The notes: generated by a model from the letters alone, not told the origin. Positions 18,663-27,338 are shown, counted from the first letter of the stretch. The stretch: 64,000 nucleotides of DNA from Gammaproteobacteria bacterium (GCA_022820625.1 JAJEFE010000147.1:89297-153296), one strand, 5' to 3'. Translations and numbers: made by a program.

Positions 18663-19697
18663 ATGCCGAGACTGGCCCTGTATTGCTTCGCGATCGTCCT
18701 GATCGCCCCTGTCAACGCATCGGCGCATCACTCCCGCGCGTACTTCTACGATACCAACCGCGTGATCGAGGCCGAGGGCGTCATCACCCGAATTCTCTGG
18801 CGGAATCCGCACACGCGCTTCTGGCTGCAGGATGACAACGGCGAGGAGTGGGAGCTTGAAAGTACGCCGCCGGCGACACTGCTCCGCCACGGGTTGGGAC
18901 CGGAGGCACTGGCCGAGGGCACCCGGGTCCGCGTCGCCGGTCCGGCCGCGCGTTTCGAGGCCCACGCGATGGAGGTCCACAATGTCCTGCTTCCGGATGG
19001 CCGGGAGCTGCTTATACAGACCGTGGCGCGACCGCGCTGGACGGAGGACGCGCCGATTCTGCAACCCAGCGAATTTGCGGAGGCCGATGTAGCGGCGGCC
19101 GAAGCGTCGGCGAACGGCATTTTCCGCGTTTGGAGCCGTGAATACGGCCAAACATTCAGCCTGCGCCCCGATAACGACTACCCGTTGACGGAAGCCGCGC
19201 TGGCCGCGAGAGAGGCCTACGATCCGGTGGCGGACAATCCGATTCCCGGCTGCACCGCCAAGGGCATGCCGATGATCATGTCCAATCCGCTGCCCTTTGA
19301 ATTCGTCGACGAAGGTGACGAGATTCACCTGAAGATCGAGGAGTATGACCTGGTGCGCATCATCCACTTGGATACGGGCGCGGACACGGACACGGGCGCC
19401 GACGTGGGCGCGGCGAGCCCGTCGATCCTGGGGCACTCCGTCGGGCGCTGGGAGGATGGCGACCTGGTCGTGACCACGACGCAGATCAACTTCATGCACT
19501 ATGGTTCAAGTATCGCCTTGAGCGCGGACGCGCACGTCCTTGAGCGTTTTGAATTGAGTGGCGTCGAGCGGCGGCTCGACTACACGTTGACCGTCACGGA
19601 TCCGGAGACGTTTACCGAGCCGCTGACCGCGCGCAGGCACTGGGTGTGGATGCCCGGGGAAACGGTCAAGGACTGGTCCTGCGTGGAGTCTCCCTAG
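18663..19697 (+). CDS. Secreted DUF6152-type fusion protein (paralog 3)
   Basis: GGAGGG RBS, signal, AHHS..YD, WRNPH, GCTAKGMP, GHSVGRWEDGDLVV, WSC. Confidence 0.8.
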   Translation: MPRLALYCFAIVLIAPVNASAHHSRAYFYDTNRVIEAEGVITRILWRNPHTRFWLQDDNGEEWELESTPPATLLRHGLGPEALAEGTRVRVAGPAARFEAHAMEVHNVLLPDGRELLIQTVARPRWTEDAPILQPSEFAEADVAAAEASANGIFRVWSREYGQTFSLRPDNDYPLTEAALAAREAYDPVADNPIPGCTAKGMPMIMSNPLPFEFVDEGDEIHLKIEEYDLVRIIHLDTGADTDTGADVGAASPSILGHSVGRWEDGDLVVTTTQINFMHYGSSIALSADAHVLERFELSGVERRLDYTLTVTDPETFTEPLTARRHWVWMPGETVKDWSCVESP

Positions 19698-19784
19698 AAG
19701 CAGTCGCGGAAGTCCGGTCGCCTGTTTCGCGACACTGAGTGGCCGCACTGAAACGGCGGCAGCGCACAACACGGAGTAGCCAGC

Positions 19785-20687
19785 ATGAAGACGGACCATA
19801 TTGCAGTGACAATCGCAGCAATGCTTGCCGCGTTCGCGGCGTACGGGCAGTCGGGAGGGGCGCCGGAACTGCCCGAAGGGGCCACGGTCACGGCCGACGT
19901 CCCGTTCGCGAACGTTGACAGACACGAACTCGCGCTCGATCTCTACATGCCGGCCGCTGTCGAGCACCCACCGCTGCTCGTGTGGGTGCACGGCGGCGCG
20001 TGGCGCGCGGGTAGCAGAAAATCGGTATCGACGCTTGCATTCGTCGAGGCGGGTTATGCGCTGGCCAGCGTCAGCTACAGGCTTTCCGGCGTGGCGCCGT
20101 TTCCCGCCCAGAGCCACGACATCAAGGGGGCGATTCGTTTCCTGCGTGCCCACGCCGCCGATTACGGCTATGACGCGTCGCGAATCGGGATTCTCGGTTC
20201 ATCGGCGGGCGCGCATCTCGCCGCACTCGTGGGCGTAACCAACGGGAACGCCGAGCTTGAGGGCAACGTCGGCGGCAACCTGGAGCAGTCTTCGGACGTC
20301 CACGCAATCGTCGCCTACTACCCGGCGACGAATCTGGTCAGCATTCTCGATCAGTCGACACCGTTCGGGCTGAACGTGCGCGTGCCGGCGCTGGAGGCGC
20401 TGCTCGGTGGTGCGATGGATGAGAAATCCGAGCTTGCGCGCCTTGCAAGCCCCGTGTTCCACGTCGATGCCGACGATCCGCCGTTGTTCCTGCTGCACGG
20501 CGACCAGGACCCGCAGATGCCGATCAACCAGTCCCACGAACTGCACGGCGTGTACAAGCAGCATGGCCTGGCCGCAGCATTCGAGGTGGTTCACAGTTCG
20601 CCTCATGGCGGCCCGGCCTTCTACGACGCCGACCGCAACGCCATGGTCGGATCGTTTCTGGATGCGCATCTGCGCGGCGGTCACTGA
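19785..20687 (+). CDS. Secreted alpha/beta hydrolase (esterase/lipase, HSL-like)
   Basis: HGGAW, GSSAG, HGDQD, C-terminal His; signal peptide. Confidence 0.88.
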   Translation: MKTDHIAVTIAAMLAAFAAYGQSGGAPELPEGATVTADVPFANVDRHELALDLYMPAAVEHPPLLVWVHGGAWRAGSRKSVSTLAFVEAGYALASVSYRLSGVAPFPAQSHDIKGAIRFLRAHAADYGYDASRIGILGSSAGAHLAALVGVTNGNAELEGNVGGNLEQSSDVHAIVAYYPATNLVSILDQSTPFGLNVRVPALEALLGGAMDEKSELARLASPVFHVDADDPPLFLLHGDQDPQMPINQSHELHGVYKQHGLAAAFEVVHSSPHGGPAFYDADRNAMVGSFLDAHLRGGH

Positions 20688-20895
20688 CGCCCGGATCATG
20701 GGTCGTCTCCGAGAAGATTCGCCGAACAGCGGCGCTGGGGCCGACAGGAAGAATCTGCAGGCGCTCCCAGGCAGGCACTCCCACCAGGGCTCGCGTGAAA
20801 ATCCCGTAACCGGGGGACCCGGATCGCCTGCGCTATACTTTCCCGTCCAGCCGCATCCACAGCGGCCACCGAACATTGACGCGGAGAAAACCGGT

Positions 20896-22635
20896 ATGAA
20901 ACGCAGCCATTTGTCGGGACTGGTCATCGGCCTGTTGTTGAGCGTGACCGCATCGGCGCAGGATTCCGTGGAGGCGCTCGTGGAACGGGGCGCAGAGCTA
21001 TTCCACGCCGACATCGGTTGCTGGGTCTGCCACGGCGAGACGGCCGAGGGCCTGGTGGGGCCCACGTTGCACTTCGGACCTGAGCCGGTGGATATCTTCG
21101 ATCAGCTCGAGAACAACCCGATGATGGGCGTGATCGTTGCGGAAATGGATCCCAGCGACACCGATCTTGAGGCGATCGCCATGTACATTCGCACCCTGGC
21201 GGACCTGCCGCCGGACATCGGCCTGGTGCAGGGCTGGCGGGACGCGCTGGCGGCGGTGCGGGCGAATCAGGGCGAGGAGCAGGAGTTTGCGAAGACGCCG
21301 CGGGACCTGCAGGTGGAGGCGGTGGAGACCTTCGTCTCGGTGCAGGAGACCTGGACGCGGCGCTCCATCGAAGGCAGCGTCTGGAGCGAATACCCGTCGC
21401 GGATCGTGGCGACCTGGGACCCCGGCGAGCCCAAGTTCACGCCCGAGCCCGGCAAGACGTATTTCTACGAGAATGTGGGCACCACCAGTTCGCCGTCCGT
21501 GCTGTTCGACGGCTACGCGCCCCCGCCAAGCAACCAGCTGGTGGTGGGCGACGCCCAGACCATGGAGATCATCGCCACCCACATGATCCCCGAGCGTCTC
21601 CGCGCCGTGGTGCATACCTCGGCCATGTCGCCGGACGGCAAGTACGCCTACATGGTCGGTCCCCGCGAGCCCACCGCCGACGGCACGCCGGACCCGGCCG
21701 GCGCCTGGACCATGCTCAAGCTCGACGCCATCACCCTGCAGCCGGTGGCGCAGGTCACCATCGGCGCGCGGCTCCACCACGGCCAGGTCTTCAGGGACAA
21801 GGTGCTCTTCGACGTCTTTGTGCGCGACCCCGACGGGCTGGGGCTGTTCCTGTACGACCCCGAGACCGACGAGATCTTGGGCGGCGTCAGGGACGTCGAC
21901 ATGGGCGGCTTCATCTACACGGTGTGGACCGACAAGGACTACGAGTACATCTACGCGCTCATGGAGCCCGCCGGCTACGCGCCGGGACGCAGTACGGGCA
22001 TGCGGGGGGTGACGATGATGTACCAGGGCACGCTGCTGGCCATGCGCCCGTTCTGGGTCGCCACCATCGACCCCGACACCTGGGAAGTGGTCGCCGAATA
22101 TCCCATCCCCGGCTATCGCCCCAACTGGGCCGTCATCGACAACGCCAAGGAGTACATCTATCCGATCATGAGCAGTTCCGTGGCCGCCAAGGTGGACATC
22201 AGGACCGGCGAGATCATCTGGACCAACGGAACCGGCATCGGGCCCTACGGCGCCGCACTCAACGCGGAAGAGACCGAGCTCTGGGTCGCCGACAAGGGCG
22301 AGGCGGCGCATCACCTGGGCCGTACCATCACCATCATCGACACCCAGACCGGCCACGCCACCGAGACGCTCTACAGCGCCTACAAGCTGGACCACGTCCT
22401 GCTCTCGCCCAACGGCAAGGAGATGTGGGCGACCAGTAACGGCGAGGGCCGGATCTACGTCTACGATGTCGACACCAAGGAACTGATCCGCAAGATCGAG
22501 ATGCCCGGCAACGGCGACGCCCACGGGCTCATCTGGGTGCACTACGATGAGAACGGGGAGTCCCGTACCGTGCGCGACCAGGGCAATTTCCACGCCGGTA
22601 TCAATCCCTTCGAGGGGGTTATACTCGATTACTAG
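20896..22635 (+). CDS. Secreted monoheme cytochrome c + His-rich beta-propeller protein (copy 2)
   Basis: GGAG RBS, signal peptide, CWVCH, NPMM; colinear with 9579-11315 over its full length. Confidence 0.85.
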   Translation: MKRSHLSGLVIGLLLSVTASAQDSVEALVERGAELFHADIGCWVCHGETAEGLVGPTLHFGPEPVDIFDQLENNPMMGVIVAEMDPSDTDLEAIAMYIRTLADLPPDIGLVQGWRDALAAVRANQGEEQEFAKTPRDLQVEAVETFVSVQETWTRRSIEGSVWSEYPSRIVATWDPGEPKFTPEPGKTYFYENVGTTSSPSVLFDGYAPPPSNQLVVGDAQTMEIIATHMIPERLRAVVHTSAMSPDGKYAYMVGPREPTADGTPDPAGAWTMLKLDAITLQPVAQVTIGARLHHGQVFRDKVLFDVFVRDPDGLGLFLYDPETDEILGGVRDVDMGGFIYTVWTDKDYEYIYALMEPAGYAPGRSTGMRGVTMMYQGTLLAMRPFWVATIDPDTWEVVAEYPIPGYRPNWAVIDNAKEYIYPIMSSSVAAKVDIRTGEIIWTNGTGIGPYGAALNAEETELWVADKGEAAHHLGRTITIIDTQTGHATETLYSAYKLDHVLLSPNGKEMWATSNGEGRIYVYDVDTKELIRKIEMPGNGDAHGLIWVHYDENGESRTVRDQGNFHAGINPFEGVILDY

Positions 22636-22780
22636 GCGGCCGGGCGAAGAGCAGGCCAGGTGTGGAACCGGCCGGGCGAGGAAGCGGTCAGGTGCGGAAC
22701 GGGTCGCGCACGGCGGTGTCCAATCCCTTGATTTGTCCGGATAAGGGCCTGGACATGGGTTGAGCCTGCGAGGAAGCCAC

Positions 22781-23482
22781 ATGGAACGGATAAACGCGAT
22801 TATGCGGGCGATACCGCTCCCGGTGTTTGTGTTGGCCTGGGTGGGCGTCTGGATCTGGACGTTTGTTCTCGTGGCCCGCGTGGCCGATGCGCAGCATGGC
22901 GAGGCCGGCGCCCCTCCGGAGGCCGGCATCGCCCCGAGGGTCACCGTCCAGGGCAGCGATGACGCCTCCGAACACGTCCACGAACACGCCATGAGTTCCG
23001 AGCCGACGCTCGGCAACCCGCTTGAGGACATCGTCGTGGACTTCGAGCTGGTGGACCGCGACGGCCGGACCGTCACGGCAGCGGACTTCCGCGGCAGCCA
23101 CGTGCTCCTCGGGTTCGGCTTCACCCACTGCCCCGACGTGTGCCCGCTGATGGTGCTGAACATGGGCGAGGCGGTCCGGGACACCGACGCCGTGGGCATC
23201 TTCATCAGCGTCGACACCGAACGCGACTCCCCCGAGATCACCGACCGGTACGCCTCGCGCTTCGGCGAGCGCATGGTCGGGCTGAGCGGCAACGTCTCCC
23301 AGATCAATGCCGCCGCCAATAATTTCAGGGTAAGCTATGTGGTCACCAAGTCGCACAACAACTACACCGTGCAGCATTCCGCCAACGTGTTCCTGATCGA
23401 CCCCGACGGCCAAGTGGTCGACGTCTTCAATTTCTCCACGCCGGGCGAAGAACTGACGGCGGCCATCAGCCAGGGAAGCTAG
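22781..23482 (+). CDS. SCO1/SenC-family copper chaperone
   Basis: FGFTHCPDVCP (CxxxC), ISVDTERD, VQHS copper-ligand His, LIDPDG; His-rich linker EHVHEHAM. Confidence 0.92.
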   Translation: MERINAIMRAIPLPVFVLAWVGVWIWTFVLVARVADAQHGEAGAPPEAGIAPRVTVQGSDDASEHVHEHAMSSEPTLGNPLEDIVVDFELVDRDGRTVTAADFRGSHVLLGFGFTHCPDVCPLMVLNMGEAVRDTDAVGIFISVDTERDSPEITDRYASRFGERMVGLSGNVSQINAAANNFRVSYVVTKSHNNYTVQHSANVFLIDPDGQVVDVFNFSTPGEELTAAISQGS

Positions 23483-23494
23483 ACGCGATCCGCC

Positions 23495-24868
23495 ATGACC
23501 ACGACCACCGCAACCCGCCGCGTAAACCCCGTCCAGCTCGGCGCGCTCCTGTTCGTGGCGTTCGCCATCGCCCTGACGTGGCTCGTGTTCCCTTACTTCG
23601 TGCAGGGACAACAGCTACTGCGAGGCGTCGGCGACCAGGCGCGCCTGATGAAGGCCGGCACCGTATCCCAGTACCTCACCCGGGAACTCATCCGCACACC
23701 GGACCTGGAGATCACGGCCACCTTCGCGACGGACGAGTATTTCCAGTACGTGGACCGCGCCGCCATCATCGCCAACCTGCGCCCGGACCGGAACCTGATC
23801 TTCTTCGTCGCCGAAACCATCCACCGCGGCGACCTCATCGACCAGGTGCCCACCGCGACGCTGCGGGTCGGCGAGCAGGAGTACCTGCCCGAGATCTCCG
23901 ACGGGCCGAGCATCGCCGAGCACCACCGGCTGAGCGTCTACAGCTTCCCCAAGCGGGACGCCGCGGGCAACGAGATCCTCAATCAGGCAGACGCCGACCG
24001 GCTGCGCCTCTACGTCTCCAATCCCTATCTGGGCAGCGAGCGCGACCTGACCTTCGTCGGCATCTGGGAAGCGCCCTACAGCCTGCCGGAAGAGCTCAAG
24101 TCCCGGGCGGACATCACCCCCGTGGCCGTCCTCGCCCTGGGGGCAGGGCTGCTGTCGTCGGTACTGACCCCGTGCCTGCTGCAACTGGTGGTGGTCTTCG
24201 GCGGCGTCATCGCCGGTTTCTCCACCGTGCCGGGCGCCACCGCGGGCGGCGCGGCGCAACTGACGCCCGTGATCCGGCGCAAGATCATGCAACTCGCCTT
24301 CGCCTTCGTGCTCGGGTTCCTCAGCCTCTACGCACTGGCGGGCGCCTTCATCGGGGCCGTGGGCCACCAGGCCCAGCTCGCCTTCTCCGAATACAGCCGC
24401 ATGGTGGCCGTCATCTCGGGGTTGCTCGTCATCCTCCTGGGCCTCTGGGTGGGCTTCCGCGGCACCCGCGACTTCGCCTGCCGCATTCCGGACCGCCAGG
24501 CCATGAACTCCCTGTCCCTGCGCGACCGGGCCGGCGCCCTGCTGACCTCCGCCGGCTACGCCCTGGGATGCACCGCCTGCTTCGGCGGCGCCATCGTCGC
24601 CACGCTCGTGGTCTACGTGGGCGCCATCGGCAGCCCCTACATCGGCGCCGCCATCATGATGATCTTCGGCATCGGCGTGGCGATCCCGTTCCTGCTCTCG
24701 GCCTGGTACATCTCCAAGGTGGACAGCATCCTCACCTTCCTCGCCGGCAACGCCCGGCCGCTGAGCCTGGCCAGCATGGCCATCATCATCATCTTCGGCC
24801 TGATCCTCGTCACCGACAACTTCCACACCGTCAGCGACCTCATCTACCCGTACCTGGGACTGAGTTAG
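23495..24868 (+). CDS. CcdA/DsbD-beta-like membrane protein with an extra N-terminal periplasmic domain
   Basis: N-terminal TM helix, about 170-aa soluble domain, then about 6 TM helices with GLLSSVLTPCLL, FVLGF, GCTACFG, FGIGVAIPFL. Confidence 0.75.
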   Translation: MTTTTATRRVNPVQLGALLFVAFAIALTWLVFPYFVQGQQLLRGVGDQARLMKAGTVSQYLTRELIRTPDLEITATFATDEYFQYVDRAAIIANLRPDRNLIFFVAETIHRGDLIDQVPTATLRVGEQEYLPEISDGPSIAEHHRLSVYSFPKRDAAGNEILNQADADRLRLYVSNPYLGSERDLTFVGIWEAPYSLPEELKSRADITPVAVLALGAGLLSSVLTPCLLQLVVVFGGVIAGFSTVPGATAGGAAQLTPVIRRKIMQLAFAFVLGFLSLYALAGAFIGAVGHQAQLAFSEYSRMVAVISGLLVILLGLWVGFRGTRDFACRIPDRQAMNSLSLRDRAGALLTSAGYALGCTACFGGAIVATLVVYVGAIGSPYIGAAIMMIFGIGVAIPFLLSAWYISKVDSILTFLAGNARPLSLASMAIIIIFGLILVTDNFHTVSDLIYPYLGLS

Positions 24869-24870
24869 CG

Positions 24871-26025
24871 ATGAATCCGGGTGCGCACATGGGTCTCTTT
24901 GCGAGAAAGGCCGGACTGACCGGTGCGGTGGCGGCGCTTGTGCTGGCCCCGCTCCCGCTGACCGCCCAGGACGTGGACATCTCCAACACCCAGCGCCTGA
25001 TGTTCGCCGCCGACGCCGAAGACCCCATCATCGATGTGATCGATCTGACCCGGAACGAGGTCGTGTACCGCATCGAGACCGAGGACCGCGTCGACCACAT
25101 GGTCGCGACCCCGTTCGCCCCCGTGCTCATCTACACCAACCTCGAAAAGCGCCTGGTCGGCATGTACGACCTGCGAAACAAGACCGTCGCAAAGCAGGTC
25201 GAACTGCCCATCGCCCCCCGCCACATGGTGCTCGACACCACCGGCTCCAAGATCGGCTTCAGCGACAGCGAGGACGGCGGGTTCGTGCTGTTCTCCGCCT
25301 ACGGCGGACAGATCCTGTTCGCGCTGGAAGACCTGCCGCCCACCTCCGACGTGCTCTTCGACCCCAACGAGGTGGACATCTGGTACAGCAACAGCCGCGA
25401 CGGCACCGTCGGTCTGATCGACAGCAACGTGCAGCGGACTTACGAGATCCCGGTCGCCGACGAACCGGGGCAGGCGCTGTCATCGCCAAGCCGCAGCCTG
25501 GATGGCCGCTATGTCTATGTCGCCAACGAGACCACGGGGGAGGTCTACGGGGTGAACGCGTTCTCAAAGGTCATCTACAAGACCTTCGAGGTTGGGGCTT
25601 CGCCGGCGCGGCCGTATACGACGCCCGAAGGCGTGTTCCTGTACATGATGGACAAGGACACGGGGCGGTTTGTCTCCATCGAGCAGCATCTGTTCACGGA
25701 GTTCAGCGATGTTGTGGTTGGGGAGGGGATCGACCTGGTCACCGTGGGGCGGTTCGACCGGATGAATCTGCTGGCCAGTTCGGAGAATCGCAATTACTAC
25801 ATTTTCGATAACAACGTGCGGTCGGTGGTGGATTCGGGGGAGCTGAATTTCACGCCGTTGGATGCGGCGGGGTCGGCGGATGGGCGAAGGGCGTATCTGG
25901 CTTCGGCGGATAGTCCGGAGGTGGCGGTGGTTGATCTTGAGCGGCAGCGGTTGAGTTATATCGCGGCGGCGAACAATCGTATCGGCGCGTTTACGATCGG
26001 GCTATCGAACAACGTCTGCCACTGA
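24871..26025 (+). CDS. Secreted YncE-like beta-propeller ending in NNVCH
   Basis: C-terminal part of ORF 23578-26025: signal (PLTA-Q), blades SLDGRYVYVAN, FEVGASPARP, SADGRRAYL; starts 2 bp after the previous stop. Confidence 0.8.
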   Translation: MNPGAHMGLFARKAGLTGAVAALVLAPLPLTAQDVDISNTQRLMFAADAEDPIIDVIDLTRNEVVYRIETEDRVDHMVATPFAPVLIYTNLEKRLVGMYDLRNKTVAKQVELPIAPRHMVLDTTGSKIGFSDSEDGGFVLFSAYGGQILFALEDLPPTSDVLFDPNEVDIWYSNSRDGTVGLIDSNVQRTYEIPVADEPGQALSSPSRSLDGRYVYVANETTGEVYGVNAFSKVIYKTFEVGASPARPYTTPEGVFLYMMDKDTGRFVSIEQHLFTEFSDVVVGEGIDLVTVGRFDRMNLLASSENRNYYIFDNNVRSVVDSGELNFTPLDAAGSADGRRAYLASADSPEVAVVDLERQRLSYIAAANNRIGAFTIGLSNNVCH

Positions 26026-26174
26026 GGGGCTGCAAAACCGTAATAAATTCAATCGCTTTCCGTCAGGAAAAGCGGCTCTTGGTCCATGCGGCGCAGTTTT
26101 TCAACATTCGAATTTGCGTGTTTTCACCAGTTTTAGGGTTAGTAGGCGGCAACGCCACTCGGTATAGTCGTCTC

Positions 26175-26636
26175 ATGGTCTCAACAAGCTACCTGATGGA
26201 GAACGAATCTCCCCTTGAATGTCGAGTGCAGAAGCGGCTTGAGGACAAGCTGCGCGCTGCATTTGAGGAGGACCCTCTTGAAGACGGAATGCATCATCCA
26301 GCCGAGAAGATCATTGCTGACGCGCTAAGGGGAACGGACGATTCAAAGGTTCTGACCTGGCTCAAGGCATTCTCGCTAGACTCCGCACGCGCAAGCATTG
26401 CGGCCTCGGTTCTTCAATGCCTGGGGCGTCAAGATCATCCAGGAACCGAACGCTGGCGCGTTGGACTCGTCCGAGACGGACTGGCCGCAAGGGATGTGGA
26501 AATCCGGGACGCGGCTGTGCAGGCAGCGGAACTGTGGGGCGACCGAGGCATGCTAACTGTCCTTTCGGCTCATACTGAACCCGAGCCCTGGCTTCGCGAC
26601 TACGTAAGGGACGTCGCCGGGGATCTTGGAGAGTAA
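26175..26636 (+). CDS. Hypothetical helical (HEAT-like) protein, candidate antitoxin
   Basis: EDGMHHPAE..GL..RDVEIRDAAVQAAELW..EPEPWLRDY. Lower-GC island; TATAGT lies 6 nt before the ATG. Confidence 0.6.
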   Translation: MVSTSYLMENESPLECRVQKRLEDKLRAAFEEDPLEDGMHHPAEKIIADALRGTDDSKVLTWLKAFSLDSARASIAASVLQCLGRQDHPGTERWRVGLVRDGLAARDVEIRDAAVQAAELWGDRGMLTVLSAHTEPEPWLRDYVRDVAGDLGE

Positions 26637-26645
26637 GCGACTCCA

Positions 26646-27143
26646 GTGTTCGTCGCTCGCAAGATCAGGAGGGCCAAATGGCGTGATCGGCCAGGTATGG
26701 CGGACGGAGAAATTTCGGCTGATGCGGTGACCGGGGACCTCCGGACGCAAGGAGACGCACTCTCATTTTGGCGGTGCCATACAGATGCCAGCAACGACAT
26801 TGAGGAAGCCGTGCTGGCGATCGCGGCGGCCGGCGAACGTGTCGACAAGCTTGATGTCGTCTGGCTGGCGGATGAGGAACTACGGAGTGACGGTCTTTCC
26901 TTGGCCGATACCAACGGACGAACGCCGGTCGAGGATCTCGTGACACGGCACGTCGACGTCCGCAGTCTCGACTACGTACGGCTGGGAAAAATTGCTCACC
27001 ATGTGGATAGGGCGATCAAGGACACACGGCATCATCGCTTCGCGAAAGGACACGTCAAGAAACTCCTATTGGCCGCCGTTGGGCAAGGCCGCATCAATGT
27101 CTACGACCTTAAGGATGGAATTCGGGCGGAAATTTCATCCTGA
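26646..27143 (+). CDS. Hypothetical protein, candidate ADP-ribosyltransferase-fold toxin
   Basis: ARKI..AKW, ADAVTGDLRT..ALSFW, G.TP, RHVD; 9 bp downstream of the previous gene with GGAG upstream. Confidence 0.55.
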   Translation: MFVARKIRRAKWRDRPGMADGEISADAVTGDLRTQGDALSFWRCHTDASNDIEEAVLAIAAAGERVDKLDVVWLADEELRSDGLSLADTNGRTPVEDLVTRHVDVRSLDYVRLGKIAHHVDRAIKDTRHHRFAKGHVKKLLLAAVGQGRINVYDLKDGIRAEISS

Positions 27144-27158
27144 GTGACGCCCGGAGGT

Positions 27159-27338
27159 TCAGCTGTTTACTGTCTTTATTTTGGCGGTTTTCTCGATTAA
27201 CTCTTTGATTTTCGGACTATTCAGCAGAGCTTGGGTATCTTCGACATACAACCCTCCCCGCCGATTCACACGAATGATTACGCTATCTGCTGATTTCTTC
27301 GATTTCGAGCGCTGCGATTTTCCAAGAGAAACGTTCAT
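27159..27338 (-). CDS. Small basic hypothetical protein (59 aa)
   Basis: MNVSLGKSQRSKSKKSADSVIIRVNRRGGLYVEDTQALLNSPKIKELIEKTAKIKTVNS; GGAG upstream; below the ORF-track cutoff. Confidence 0.45.
   Translation of the reverse strand: MNVSLGKSQRSKSKKSADSVIIRVNRRGGLYVEDTQALLNSPKIKELIEKTAKIKTVNS

Noticed and set aside
23578-24870. N-terminal 431 aa of the 815-aa ORF as a fusion to the propeller
   Set aside because: Arg/Pro-rich off-frame overlap of the CcdA-like gene; the real start with a signal peptide is at 24871.
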